Below, piece by piece: positions 21,973-30,968 of a stretch of DNA of 64,000 bases (its first letter is position 1; every line of letters starts with the position of its first letter). The notes under the pieces are model-generated. The model saw only the letters and a program-made list of their open reading frames with translations. It had not been told where the DNA came from and did not search any database. Origin of the DNA: Planctomycetota bacterium (GTDB lineage: Bacteria > Planctomycetota > B15-G4); NCBI GenBank assembly GCA_038212275.1, contig JBBQUR010000012.1:32001-96000 (forward strand), given 5' to 3'. The position numbers were made by a program, and so were the translations under genes.

Positions 21973-23057
21973 TGCGCGCAGTGCTGGTGCTGGCGCTGGT
22001 CGCCGCGGGGCTGCTCGCCTGGGACCGCGCACTCGTGCAGCGCGAAGAGGCGGGACGCGCCGCGGGGCTGCGCATCGCGCCGCTGCTGCCGGCGTCCGAG
22101 CGCGAGGGGCGCTCCGTCGCGGCACTGCGCATCGAGACGGCCTCCGGGGAAAGCTGGATCTACGGCCAGTCCAACGGCATGTGGCGCTGCCTCAACTGGA
22201 AGGGCGCCATCGCGAACGGCGTGGACATCGCGGAGATCGCGGCGCGGGTCGTCAACGCGCGCGGCATGCCGCTGAGCGATGACCCCGCGCGTCCGCAGGA
22301 CTACGGCTTCGACGTGCCGGGGATGCTCACGCTCAGCCTGCACGGCCCGAAGCTGGACCTGCTCGACGCGACGAAGGACCGGCTCATCGCGCTGGATCTC
22401 GGCCGCCCGCTTTCCAGCCAGGCGGGCAGTTTCGTGCGGCGCCACGGCAGCACCGAGGTCTGGTCCACGGATCTCGACGTGAGCGGCCTGCTTGGCCGCA
22501 ACGATCACCCGCGCGAGCCGCCGCTGCTCGAACGCACGCTCGTGCCGATGTCCTGGCCGGGGCAGTCGCCGCGTATCCGGCGGCTGCGCATCGAGCGCGA
22601 GGGCGAGCCGCCCTTCGACCTGATCCTCAAGGAGCGCAGGCTGAACAGTGACGAAGCGCTGGCGGGCGTCGCACCGTTCGAGTGGTTGATGCGCGTGGAT
22701 GGCCGCGAGTCGCCCTGCGTCGAAATCCTCGCGATCCACTACAGCGCCTACATGGTGCTGGCGGAGTGGGGGGCGATCGTCGATCCGGCGCTGTACCCGC
22801 GGCTCGGCTTCGACAAGCCGCGCGCGCAGGTGCTGCTTGTCCCGCCGGAGGGCGACCCGCTCAACCTGCTGCTTGGCGGGCGCGGGCCCAGCGGGCGCTC
22901 CGTGGTGCTCGACAGCGTCAGCGGGCTGATCATGGAGATCGAGCCGGTACAGGAGGCCATGCTGTTTCCGAAGGCCGAGGCGTTTTCCGGCGCTGCCCTC
23001 GAGAACCCATGGCAGGCCATCGTCGAGCATCCGAGCCGGGGCAAGGGATCGCGCTGA
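21969..23057 (+). CDS. DUF4340-like membrane-anchored protein of Gld-like ABC operons
   Basis: ATGA overlap; N-terminal anchor; PQDYGFDVP and PRLGFDKP repeated motifs; position after the GldG-like gene. Confidence 0.65.
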   Translation: MMRAVLVLALVAAGLLAWDRALVQREEAGRAAGLRIAPLLPASEREGRSVAALRIETASGESWIYGQSNGMWRCLNWKGAIANGVDIAEIAARVVNARGMPLSDDPARPQDYGFDVPGMLTLSLHGPKLDLLDATKDRLIALDLGRPLSSQAGSFVRRHGSTEVWSTDLDVSGLLGRNDHPREPPLLERTLVPMSWPGQSPRIRRLRIEREGEPPFDLILKERRLNSDEALAGVAPFEWLMRVDGRESPCVEILAIHYSAYMVLAEWGAIVDPALYPRLGFDKPRAQVLLVPPEGDPLNLLLGGRGPSGRSVVLDSVSGLIMEIEPVQEAMLFPKAEAFSGAALENPWQAIVEHPSRGKGSR

Positions 23058-23068
23058 CCTCGGCTCGG

Positions 23069-23125
23069 GTGATGCGCGCGGCGTGTGGCGTGATGCGCGT
23101 GGCGTGTGGCGTGATGCGCGTGGCG
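23069..23125. repeat. About 2.7 x 21-bp direct repeat GTGATGCGCGYGGCGTGTGGC
   Basis: Intergenic, upstream of the M13 peptidase. Confidence 0.85.
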
Positions 23126-23194
23126 CGGCCACTTTGCTAGAACCGTCGATCCGCAGCGCACGGAGCTGCCTCGCCCGCCGCCGCTTCTCATCCC

Positions 23195-25309
23195 ATGGAA
23201 ACCTGCCGCATGCTGCCCAGATCGTTCCCGTCGTGTGTCGTGTCGTCCGGCGTGATGCTTCTTGCCACGTCCGGCATGGTCTTCGGGCAGGGCGCGGACG
23301 CGTCCCGCACGCAGCCTTCGTCGGGCGATGCGGCCGAGCCCATCGCCACGGCGCGCAGTCTCGACCCGGCGAACTTCGACCGGAACTGCAAGCCGTGCGA
23401 CGACGTCTACCAGTTCACCAACGGCGCCTGGCTCACGAGCAATCCGGTGCCGCCCGAGTACAGCTCATGGACGGTTTTCCGCGAGGTTGCGGAGCGCAAC
23501 AACCTGGTGCTCAGGCAGATCCTCGAGGCCGCCGTCGCCGCGAAGGACGCGCCGAAGGGCAGCGTCACGCAGCTCATCGGCGACTACTACTGCTCGTGCA
23601 TGGACGAGGGGCGGGCCGAGGCCGAAGGCCTGCAGCCGCTGGCGCCCGAGCTCGCGCGCATCGCGGCCGTCACCGATGCCGCGGGCCTGCAGGAGCTGCT
23701 CGCGCAGATGCACGCGCAGGGCGGCGGCCAGCTCTTCGCCTTCTTCGCGGATCAGGACGCCGCCGACGCCACGCAGGTCATCGCGCAGGCCTTCCAGGGC
23801 GGACTCGGGCTGCCGGATCGCGACTACTACACGCGTGACGACGAGCGCTCCGTGTCGCTGCGCGCGGAATACCTGGCGCACGTCACGCGCATGTTCGGCC
23901 TGCTTGGCGAGGATGCTCCGACGGCCGCAGCGCATGCCGCCGAGGTGCTCGAGGTCGAGACGCGCCTCGCCCAGGCCTCGCTCACCAATGTGGAACTGCG
24001 CGACCCGCAGGCCAGCTACCACCGCATGAGCCTCGCGGAGGCCGCGGCCACGACGCCCGGCTTCGACTGGACGGCGTTCCTTCAGCGCGTGGGCGCCGGA
24101 TCCGTCGGCGTGATCAACGTGGGCCAGCCCGGCTTCTTCAAGGAGATGGGGGCCATGCTGGAGCAGGTCCCGGTCGACACGTGGAAGACCTATCTGCGCT
24201 GGCATCTCGTGCACGACTTCGCGCCCGTGCTCAGCAACGCCTTCGTGAACGAGAACTTCGCGTTCTTCGGCACGACGCTCACCGGCCAGCAGGAGCTCCA
24301 GCCGCGCTGGAAGCGCTGCCTGCAGCGCACCGACCGCGCGCTCGGCGAGGCCCTGGGCCAGGCCTACGTGGCGAAGACGTTCACGCCGGCGGCCAAGGCC
24401 AAGGCCAGGGAGATGGTGGCCAATCTGCAGGCCGCGTTCCGTGATCGCCTGAACGCCGCCACCTGGATGTCCGCCGACACGCGGCGCCAGGCGCTCGAGA
24501 AGCTCGAGTCCTTCACGCCCAAGATCGGCTATCCCGATCAATGGCGCGACTACTCTTCGCTGATGACGGACCGCGGCTCCTTCGCGCTCAACGTGCAGCG
24601 CGCCGATGCCTTCGAGTTCCGCCGCGTCCTGGGCAAGATCGGCAAGCCGGTGGATCGTGGCGAGTGGGGCATGTCGCCGCCGACGGTGAACGCCTACTAC
24701 AACCCGGCGCTCAACGAGATCGTTTTCCCCGCGGGCATCCTGCAACCTCCGTACTTCGGCGAGGCCCAGGACGACGCGGTCAACTACGGCGCGATGGGCG
24801 CCGTGATCGGCCACGAGATGACGCACGGCTTCGACGACCAGGGCAGCCAGTACGACGCCCGGGGCAACCTGCGCGACTGGTGGACCGAGGCGGACCGCGC
24901 CGAGTTCATGCGCCGCGCGGGCGTCGTCGAGAAGCAGTTCAGCGACTATGTCGCGATCGACGACCTGCACGTGAACGGCGCCTTGACGCTGGGCGAGAAC
25001 ATCGCCGATCTCGGCGGCCTGACCATCGCGTACGAGGCCTATCTCAAGTCGCTGGAGGGCAAGCCCGAGCCGGCGCCGATCGACGGCTTCACGCACCAGC
25101 AGCGCTTCTTTCTCGCGTGGGCGCAGGCGTGGCGAACCAACATGAAGCCCGAGGCGCTGCGGCTCATGGTCAACACCAATCCGCACTCGCCCGGACGCTT
25201 CCGCGCGATGGGGCCGCTGTCCAACATGCCGGCCTTTTTTGCGGCTTTCGGCTGCACGGAGGGTGAAGCCATGGTGCGCCCGGAGGCCGAACGCGCGCTG
25301 ATCTGGTAG
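23195..25309 (+). CDS. M13 family metalloendopeptidase (PepO/neprilysin-like), exported
   Basis: PCDDVYQFTNGAW, VNAYY, GHEMTHGFDDQG (HExxH), GENIAD, HSPGRFR. Confidence 0.96.
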   Translation: METCRMLPRSFPSCVVSSGVMLLATSGMVFGQGADASRTQPSSGDAAEPIATARSLDPANFDRNCKPCDDVYQFTNGAWLTSNPVPPEYSSWTVFREVAERNNLVLRQILEAAVAAKDAPKGSVTQLIGDYYCSCMDEGRAEAEGLQPLAPELARIAAVTDAAGLQELLAQMHAQGGGQLFAFFADQDAADATQVIAQAFQGGLGLPDRDYYTRDDERSVSLRAEYLAHVTRMFGLLGEDAPTAAAHAAEVLEVETRLAQASLTNVELRDPQASYHRMSLAEAAATTPGFDWTAFLQRVGAGSVGVINVGQPGFFKEMGAMLEQVPVDTWKTYLRWHLVHDFAPVLSNAFVNENFAFFGTTLTGQQELQPRWKRCLQRTDRALGEALGQAYVAKTFTPAAKAKAREMVANLQAAFRDRLNAATWMSADTRRQALEKLESFTPKIGYPDQWRDYSSLMTDRGSFALNVQRADAFEFRRVLGKIGKPVDRGEWGMSPPTVNAYYNPALNEIVFPAGILQPPYFGEAQDDAVNYGAMGAVIGHEMTHGFDDQGSQYDARGNLRDWWTEADRAEFMRRAGVVEKQFSDYVAIDDLHVNGALTLGENIADLGGLTIAYEAYLKSLEGKPEPAPIDGFTHQQRFFLAWAQAWRTNMKPEALRLMVNTNPHSPGRFRAMGPLSNMPAFFAAFGCTEGEAMVRPEAERALIW

Positions 25310-25391
25310 CCGGTCCGCACGCTACAGACGTCCCCGGCGGAAGCCGAAGGAACTCAGGTCACCACGACCTGCACCTTCGGCTTCCGCTGCA

Positions 25392-28300
25392 TTGAATCCA
25401 AAAGTCCTCCACATCGCGCTCGTCGCGTGTCTGGCCATGCTCTTTGCGGCGGGGCCGGCATTGCACGCCGAGCTCACTTCAGCCGAGGTCAAGCAATTGG
25501 CCAAGCTGGAGAAGAAGCTGGCCAAGCAGCAGCTCAAGATCGAGAGCACGCAGGCTCACGTCGTCGACTACGCGGCGCAGCTCGTCGACGCGGAGGCCCA
25601 GCTCGCGGCCGCACTGCTGTTGCCTGTCGGCACGCCGGAGGAGCAGAAGGCCGCGGCGAAGGCACTGAAGGCCGCGCAGAAGCTCGTCACGAAGCTGGGC
25701 AAGAAGGTCGTGACGTGGGGCGGCAAGCTGGACAAGGCCGAGCTGAAGCTGGACGGCATCGAGTCCGACATCGAGGTCATTGTCCCCGACTATTTCGCAG
25801 ACAGTTCCGACGAGGGCTCCGGCGACGGTGACCCCGGTGGCGGTGACCCCGGTGGTGGCGACCCCGGTGGTGGCGACCCCGGTGGCGGTGACCCGACGGG
25901 CTCCGGCCTCGACCCGGCGATGGCGCTGCCCTTGATGGCCGTGGATTGCGGCGATCTCAACGGCTACACGTCCACCGAAGCCGGTTACGAGCTGCTGACC
26001 GAGACCACGGCGCCGGCAGGCGTGTCGGTGTCGCCCGCGCCGCTCGACACCGTGCATGTCGCGCACTTCTTCGCAGTGGCCGGCTACGTGGCCTTTCCGT
26101 CCAGCGTCGTCTCTCTCGACCCCGATCAGGTCGGCGAGCGCCGCAAGCTCACGGCGCTGGTGCTCGCCAATCCGACCACGCTCACGCTCTCGGGCCTGCC
26201 GGTGAACACGGAGGTCTCCGTGCTGCTGGAACTGGGAGCGACCGCGCCGTGGGTCGAGCTGGTGGACGGAAATTGGACCGGCATCTCCTCCTCCACAAAG
26301 GGAATGCGCGTCGAGCGGGACGGGCCATCTGCCGGCACGCACTGGGAAAAGGTCGCGCAGGATCTGCGTTGCGTCACCGCCGTGGCGTCCACCACGTTCA
26401 GCAACGACATCGGCGCCATCCTCCCGCTGCGCGTGCTGGGCACGACGGATGGAACGGGCCGCCTCGCGCTGCGGCTTTCCGCGGACCCCGGCAACCCGGT
26501 GCTGCTGGCGGCCTTCCGCGTGTGGCAGCGCGAACGCCTGCCGATCGTGTATCGCCGCGGCGCGGGGGCGGCGCTGCAGAGCGGGGAGGCGGCGGCGGAC
26601 GCGTTCGTGGCGGCCTTCAATGCCGGCGATCTCGACGCGGCTCAGCAGCTTGCGGAGTCGCTCGCCGATCCGCTGCTGCGCGGCGTCGCGCTGCTGCACG
26701 TCGCCGGCTGGCTGGACGGCAGTCGCGACGGCCGGCTCTCGCTGCTTCCCGCCGCGCGCGCGGCGCTCGTCCAGGCTGCCTCGCTCGGACATGCCATCGC
26801 CACGGAGCTGATCGAGCAGACGGACCACATGCAGCGCGCGCTCGATCACTTCGCGGCGCGCGGCTACACCTTCAGCCACCTGTGCGCGTCGGAAGGCGGC
26901 AAGGGCTTTCTCAACCCGGACTGCGCCGGGCAGCTGTACTCCAAGCTCGGCCAGGCCGACAGCAACGTGAATTTCCAGATCGGGCTGCGCGAGCTGCGCG
27001 GGCTGATCGCCGGCGGCGCGGCCGGCGGCGTCGCTCCCAGCGCGCTCACGGACCTCGCGGCATGGAATGCGGGCGTGCTCGGCGACGCATCCTTCGAGCC
27101 CTCGCCGCTCGTGTTCGCGGCGCTCAAGCTGACCGGCACGGGAATCACCGCGATGAACCCGCTGCTCGCATTCAAGGAATCCGACAGCGAGTCGCTCGCG
27201 GTGCTCGACATGGCGCGCGACATCTTCGGCGACTTCATCGACCTCGGCTTCGCGGCGGTCGACTTCCCGCACGACCAGGAGCTGAAGCTCATGCGCGCCT
27301 ATGTCGATGCGGGCCAGCATCCCAAGGACTGGACCTCGGAGCAGCTCGATCTCTTCAGCACCGGTGAGCTGGCCGACGCGTGGTGGAATGGCCAGGTCAG
27401 TCCGGTGACCGACGTCGTCGCGGCGCCGGCCTGGGCCGATGCGCAGCGTGCCCTGCAACAGACGCTGGTCGCCTTCTTCAACGAATGGATGGACCTGCGC
27501 CTGCAGCGCAACGAACTGGGCGGCGGCCAGGGCGATGACGTGGAATTGCTGCTGCAGCTCTACGGAGTGCTGGCCAGCCGACGGCTGGGCAGCGAGCGCC
27601 TGCTGGCCAGCCACCTCGACGACCTCGTGCAGTTCGCGCTGGAGGATTCCGGCTCGGTGGCCGACGGCTACTGGGCCGGCTCGATGGCCGATGTCGAGCA
27701 CACGGGCGAGTACACGGCCGACCCGCTGCTGGCCTCGCGTCCGGTCTTCGGCGACACGGCGCGTACGGTCCTCATGTCGGGACTCAACGGGCGTCACGTG
27801 CTGGGTGCGGTCGACCCGGACGCCGATTTCGCGGGCGTCAACAACGCAGGGCGCACGCGCTTCAAGTCCTTCCATTACACGACGCTGGGGCCCTCCGCCG
27901 TCGCGAACAACGCGCTGGACATCTTCCTCAACGGGCGCGGGACGGTGCCGGCGCTGACGCTCGCGTCCCGCGGAAGCCTGGGCCCGAGCCATCCGCTGGT
28001 GACCGACCTGCGTGCGTGGGCCACGGGCTGGCGCGACGATGCGCTGCTCACGCCGGGCGCCGCCTTCGGCAAGCCGCTTGGTTTTCCGGCCCCTGCGCAG
28101 TGGCCGTCAGGTGTCGTCGGCACGGGCGGCTACTGGTACACGCAGAATGCCGTCGCCGGCGACAACGGCCAGTGGACGACGGGTGAAGTGGCCTATGTGT
28201 TCAGCCTGCTGAGCACCGCCTACCGCCAGAGCAACGCCGCGGACCGCTGGCAGTTCCTGCTGCCCGCGGCGCGCATGTTCCGCACGGTGGCCGCGTGGGA

Positions 28301-29501
28301 GGATGCCGGCCAGCCATCCGGCGCGGCCGGCACCGAAGCATGGGCAGCCGCGCAGCTCAAGGGCGGATCGCGCTTCGGCATGCTCGTGCTGGAGAACCTC
28401 GACGACCTCGCTTCCGACCCGACGCTCACGACCGTCACCGACCCCGTGCTCGGCAACACGACCTACGTGGATGCCGCGCTTGTCGAACGCATGCAGGCCT
28501 GGGTCCTGTCGGCGTTCTCGGATCAGGGCCCGGTTCTGCGTTACGCCCTGGCCGACGTGGTCGCGTGCGCTCCTCACAGCGGCAAGAATCCGACGGCCAT
28601 CACGCAGGCCTACGAGGGCGCGCTGCACTACTTCCGCGCCGCGTGGCCGCTGCTCTGCAGGCAGGCGATGCACACCGATCGCATTTTCGCCAACGTGGGC
28701 GGCGCACAGCGCGAGCTGATCGCCGCCTGGACCGGCGCCGCCACGCTGGAGGGCGCGCCGTTCCGCCCGCTGCTCGGCTGGAGCGGCTCGAATCTCGATC
28801 TCGCCGTGCTCGTCAACCATCGGGACGTGGCGGGAACCACGGTCTCGGCCCTCGTCTACAACTACGGCGTGTCGACGGCCAGCGTGAACCTCACGCTCGG
28901 TGCGGGACTGAAGCCCGGCAGCTGGCTGGTCGAGGTGGGCGCGGCCTTGCAGGGTTGCGACGTCTTTCCCTCCGGCGCCAGCAGCAGCAGCATGATCGAC
29001 AAGCGCGGCCTCGGCGTGCGCATCGCGATCAGCGTGCCGCCCGGGTTCAATCTCGTCCGCCTCACGCGCACCGGCAGCGTGGCGGCGGCCCAGACCTTCG
29101 ACCTCGTGCTCGATCCGCCGAGGCTCGTCGAGGCCGGCAATGGCGCCTACTCGATCCAGGTGCGGGTCGCCAACGCGGGTGTGACGGCCACGCCGGCCAG
29201 CACCCTCGCGCTCTACGTCGCGGCCGTGAACGCGAGCGGCACGTTGGCGGTCCCGGCCGCGCTGCCCTCCGAGGCACTGCTCTCGTCGAGCAACGTGAGC
29301 CTCGGCGGTGCGACGGGTTTCGTCCTTCCCCAGCAGACCCTCACGTACAGCCTGCCGTCCGGCTCGCCTCTCGTGGGCCTCCTGCAGTCGGGCCTCGGGC
29401 TGCAGTGTCGCGCGGTCATCCTGTCCAACAGCGCGGAGTGGGATTCTTCCAACAACGAACAGTCGCGCTGCTGGTTCCTCTCGGATCTCGCCGACGACTG
29501 A
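25392..29501 (+). CDS. Large secreted hypothetical protein (coiled coil, GDPGG linker, large unknown core, possible C-terminal Ig/CARDB-like domain)
   Basis: 1369-aa ORF with coding-like codon use; signal peptide ending ALHA-E; Lys-rich heptads; C-terminal VRVANAG...EWDSSNN. Confidence 0.8.
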   Translation: MNPKVLHIALVACLAMLFAAGPALHAELTSAEVKQLAKLEKKLAKQQLKIESTQAHVVDYAAQLVDAEAQLAAALLLPVGTPEEQKAAAKALKAAQKLVTKLGKKVVTWGGKLDKAELKLDGIESDIEVIVPDYFADSSDEGSGDGDPGGGDPGGGDPGGGDPGGGDPTGSGLDPAMALPLMAVDCGDLNGYTSTEAGYELLTETTAPAGVSVSPAPLDTVHVAHFFAVAGYVAFPSSVVSLDPDQVGERRKLTALVLANPTTLTLSGLPVNTEVSVLLELGATAPWVELVDGNWTGISSSTKGMRVERDGPSAGTHWEKVAQDLRCVTAVASTTFSNDIGAILPLRVLGTTDGTGRLALRLSADPGNPVLLAAFRVWQRERLPIVYRRGAGAALQSGEAAADAFVAAFNAGDLDAAQQLAESLADPLLRGVALLHVAGWLDGSRDGRLSLLPAARAALVQAASLGHAIATELIEQTDHMQRALDHFAARGYTFSHLCASEGGKGFLNPDCAGQLYSKLGQADSNVNFQIGLRELRGLIAGGAAGGVAPSALTDLAAWNAGVLGDASFEPSPLVFAALKLTGTGITAMNPLLAFKESDSESLAVLDMARDIFGDFIDLGFAAVDFPHDQELKLMRAYVDAGQHPKDWTSEQLDLFSTGELADAWWNGQVSPVTDVVAAPAWADAQRALQQTLVAFFNEWMDLRLQRNELGGGQGDDVELLLQLYGVLASRRLGSERLLASHLDDLVQFALEDSGSVADGYWAGSMADVEHTGEYTADPLLASRPVFGDTARTVLMSGLNGRHVLGAVDPDADFAGVNNAGRTRFKSFHYTTLGPSAVANNALDIFLNGRGTVPALTLASRGSLGPSHPLVTDLRAWATGWRDDALLTPGAAFGKPLGFPAPAQWPSGVVGTGGYWYTQNAVAGDNGQWTTGEVAYVFSLLSTAYRQSNAADRWQFLLPAARMFRTVAAWEDAGQPSGAAGTEAWAAAQLKGGSRFGMLVLENLDDLASDPTLTTVTDPVLGNTTYVDAALVERMQAWVLSAFSDQGPVLRYALADVVACAPHSGKNPTAITQAYEGALHYFRAAWPLLCRQAMHTDRIFANVGGAQRELIAAWTGAATLEGAPFRPLLGWSGSNLDLAVLVNHRDVAGTTVSALVYNYGVSTASVNLTLGAGLKPGSWLVEVGAALQGCDVFPSGASSSSMIDKRGLGVRIAISVPPGFNLVRLTRTGSVAAAQTFDLVLDPPRLVEAGNGAYSIQVRVANAGVTATPASTLALYVAAVNASGTLAVPAALPSEALLSSSNVSLGGATGFVLPQQTLTYSLPSGSPLVGLLQSGLGLQCRAVILSNSAEWDSSNNEQSRCWFLSDLADD
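25827..25895 (+). repeat. About 4.6 x 15-bp repeat encoding GDPGG linker
   Basis: GGYGACCCCGGTGGY units. Confidence 0.9.
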
Positions 29502-29702
29502 GGCTCCGTGCGGGAGGGCGCGGCGGCGCGGAGCGTGTGACGCTTTGCCGTGCCGTGCGGCTCGGCGTGGTGCGGCGTACCGCACACATCGCATCGTCCC
29601 GCCTCGCCTCGCACCGCCTCGCACCGCCCCGCCTCGCATCGCATCGGGACTTGTGCGGCCGCCGGCCGCGCGACATCCTGTGAGCGGGCTGCTGTCCGAG
29701 CC

Positions 29703-30851
29703 ATGTCTGCCCGGGAGTCGGTCGCGCTTTTCCCCGTGGTGACGCTCATGTCGCATGCTTCGCTCACTCTGCTCCTCGGTCTCATGCTGGCGCCCTCGGC
29801 GTGCGCGCTGCAGTCTGCCGAGCACGCGCCTGCGGAGCCCGCGCCCGCCGAGCTCGGCCAGGTGCACTGGTTGCGCGACCTCGATGCCGGCCTGGCCGCC
29901 TCGCGGCAGAGCGGCCTGCCGGTCTTCGTGCTCTTCCAGGAAGTGCCGGGGTGCGCGACCTGCGTGGCCTTCGGGCAGGACGCGCTCAGCCAGCCCTTGC
30001 TCGTCGAGGCGATCGAGACGCTCTTCGTGCCCGTGTGCATCGACAACAGCGCCGGCGGGAAGGACGCCGAGATGCTCCGTCGCTACGACGAGCCTGCCTT
30101 CAACTTTCCCGTGTGTCGCTTCTTCGGGCCGGATGGCACCGAGTTGCTGCCGCGCAGGGACCGCATCTGGACTTCGGGCGGCATCGCGACGCGCATGGTC
30201 GGCGCCCTGGCCGCCGCCGGGCGCCCGGCGCCCGAGTGGCTGCTGCTCGCGGAGGCAGGTCTCGCCCTCGAGCGCCAGCAGACCGCGACCTTCGCCATGT
30301 CGTGCTTCTGGGAGGGCGAGGCGCACCTCGGCGCACTGGAGGGCGTGGTGTCCACGCGGCCCGGTTTCGTCGCCGGCCAGGAAGTGGTGGAGGTGGCCTA
30401 CGATCCGACGCGCGTGGCCTACGGCACGCTGGTGAAGGAGGCTGGCTCGATGCAGTGTGCGAGCACGGTCTGGGCGCACGCGGGCGAGCAGCTCGCTGCC
30501 GCGAAAGAACTCGTGGGCGAGCGCGCGCGAGAGCTCACCGGACCAGTCCGCGATGCCGGGGCCGACGACCGCACGAGGAGCCTGGCCGGCCGGCCCGCCG
30601 CGTACCTGCCGTTGCTGCCCGTGCAGGCCGCGCGGGTGAATGCGGCGCTGGCGGGAGGCGCTGCCATCGGGCCCTGGCTCTCGCCGCGACAGCTCGCGCT
30701 GCTGGCCGCCGTGGAGGCCGCCCTGCGAGCCGACAGCCACGCCCTCGACGGTCTCGTGCGCCCCCTTGTCGTCGACAAGCTGCCCGCCTACCAGGCGGCG
30801 CTCGCCGGCCGACTGGCGGCGGCCGTGCCAGAAGCTCCGCGGAACTCCTGA
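29703..30851 (+). CDS. Exported thioredoxin-like protein (VPG[C/U]xxC type) fused to an MsrA-like domain; start may be 29748
   Basis: VLFQEVPGCATC; ATFAMSCFWEGE resembles MsrA GCFW; EVVEVAYDP. Confidence 0.75.
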   Translation: MSARESVALFPVVTLMSHASLTLLLGLMLAPSACALQSAEHAPAEPAPAELGQVHWLRDLDAGLAASRQSGLPVFVLFQEVPGCATCVAFGQDALSQPLLVEAIETLFVPVCIDNSAGGKDAEMLRRYDEPAFNFPVCRFFGPDGTELLPRRDRIWTSGGIATRMVGALAAAGRPAPEWLLLAEAGLALERQQTATFAMSCFWEGEAHLGALEGVVSTRPGFVAGQEVVEVAYDPTRVAYGTLVKEAGSMQCASTVWAHAGEQLAAAKELVGERARELTGPVRDAGADDRTRSLAGRPAAYLPLLPVQAARVNAALAGGAAIGPWLSPRQLALLAAVEAALRADSHALDGLVRPLVVDKLPAYQAALAGRLAAAVPEAPRNS

Positions 30852-30968
30852 GCTCCGTATGCCGAGGGCAGCGCTGCGTTCCTCACGAGGTCGCGCGGCG
30901 TGCGGTCCGTCGGCTGGGCGCTGTCGCGGCTTCGATGGCCGCGGTGATCGACGCGAGTCGCTAGACTC

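Noticed and set aside
29940..29965. Selenocysteine recoding in the VPGC motif
   Set aside because: Both Cys codons are TGC; no in-frame TGA
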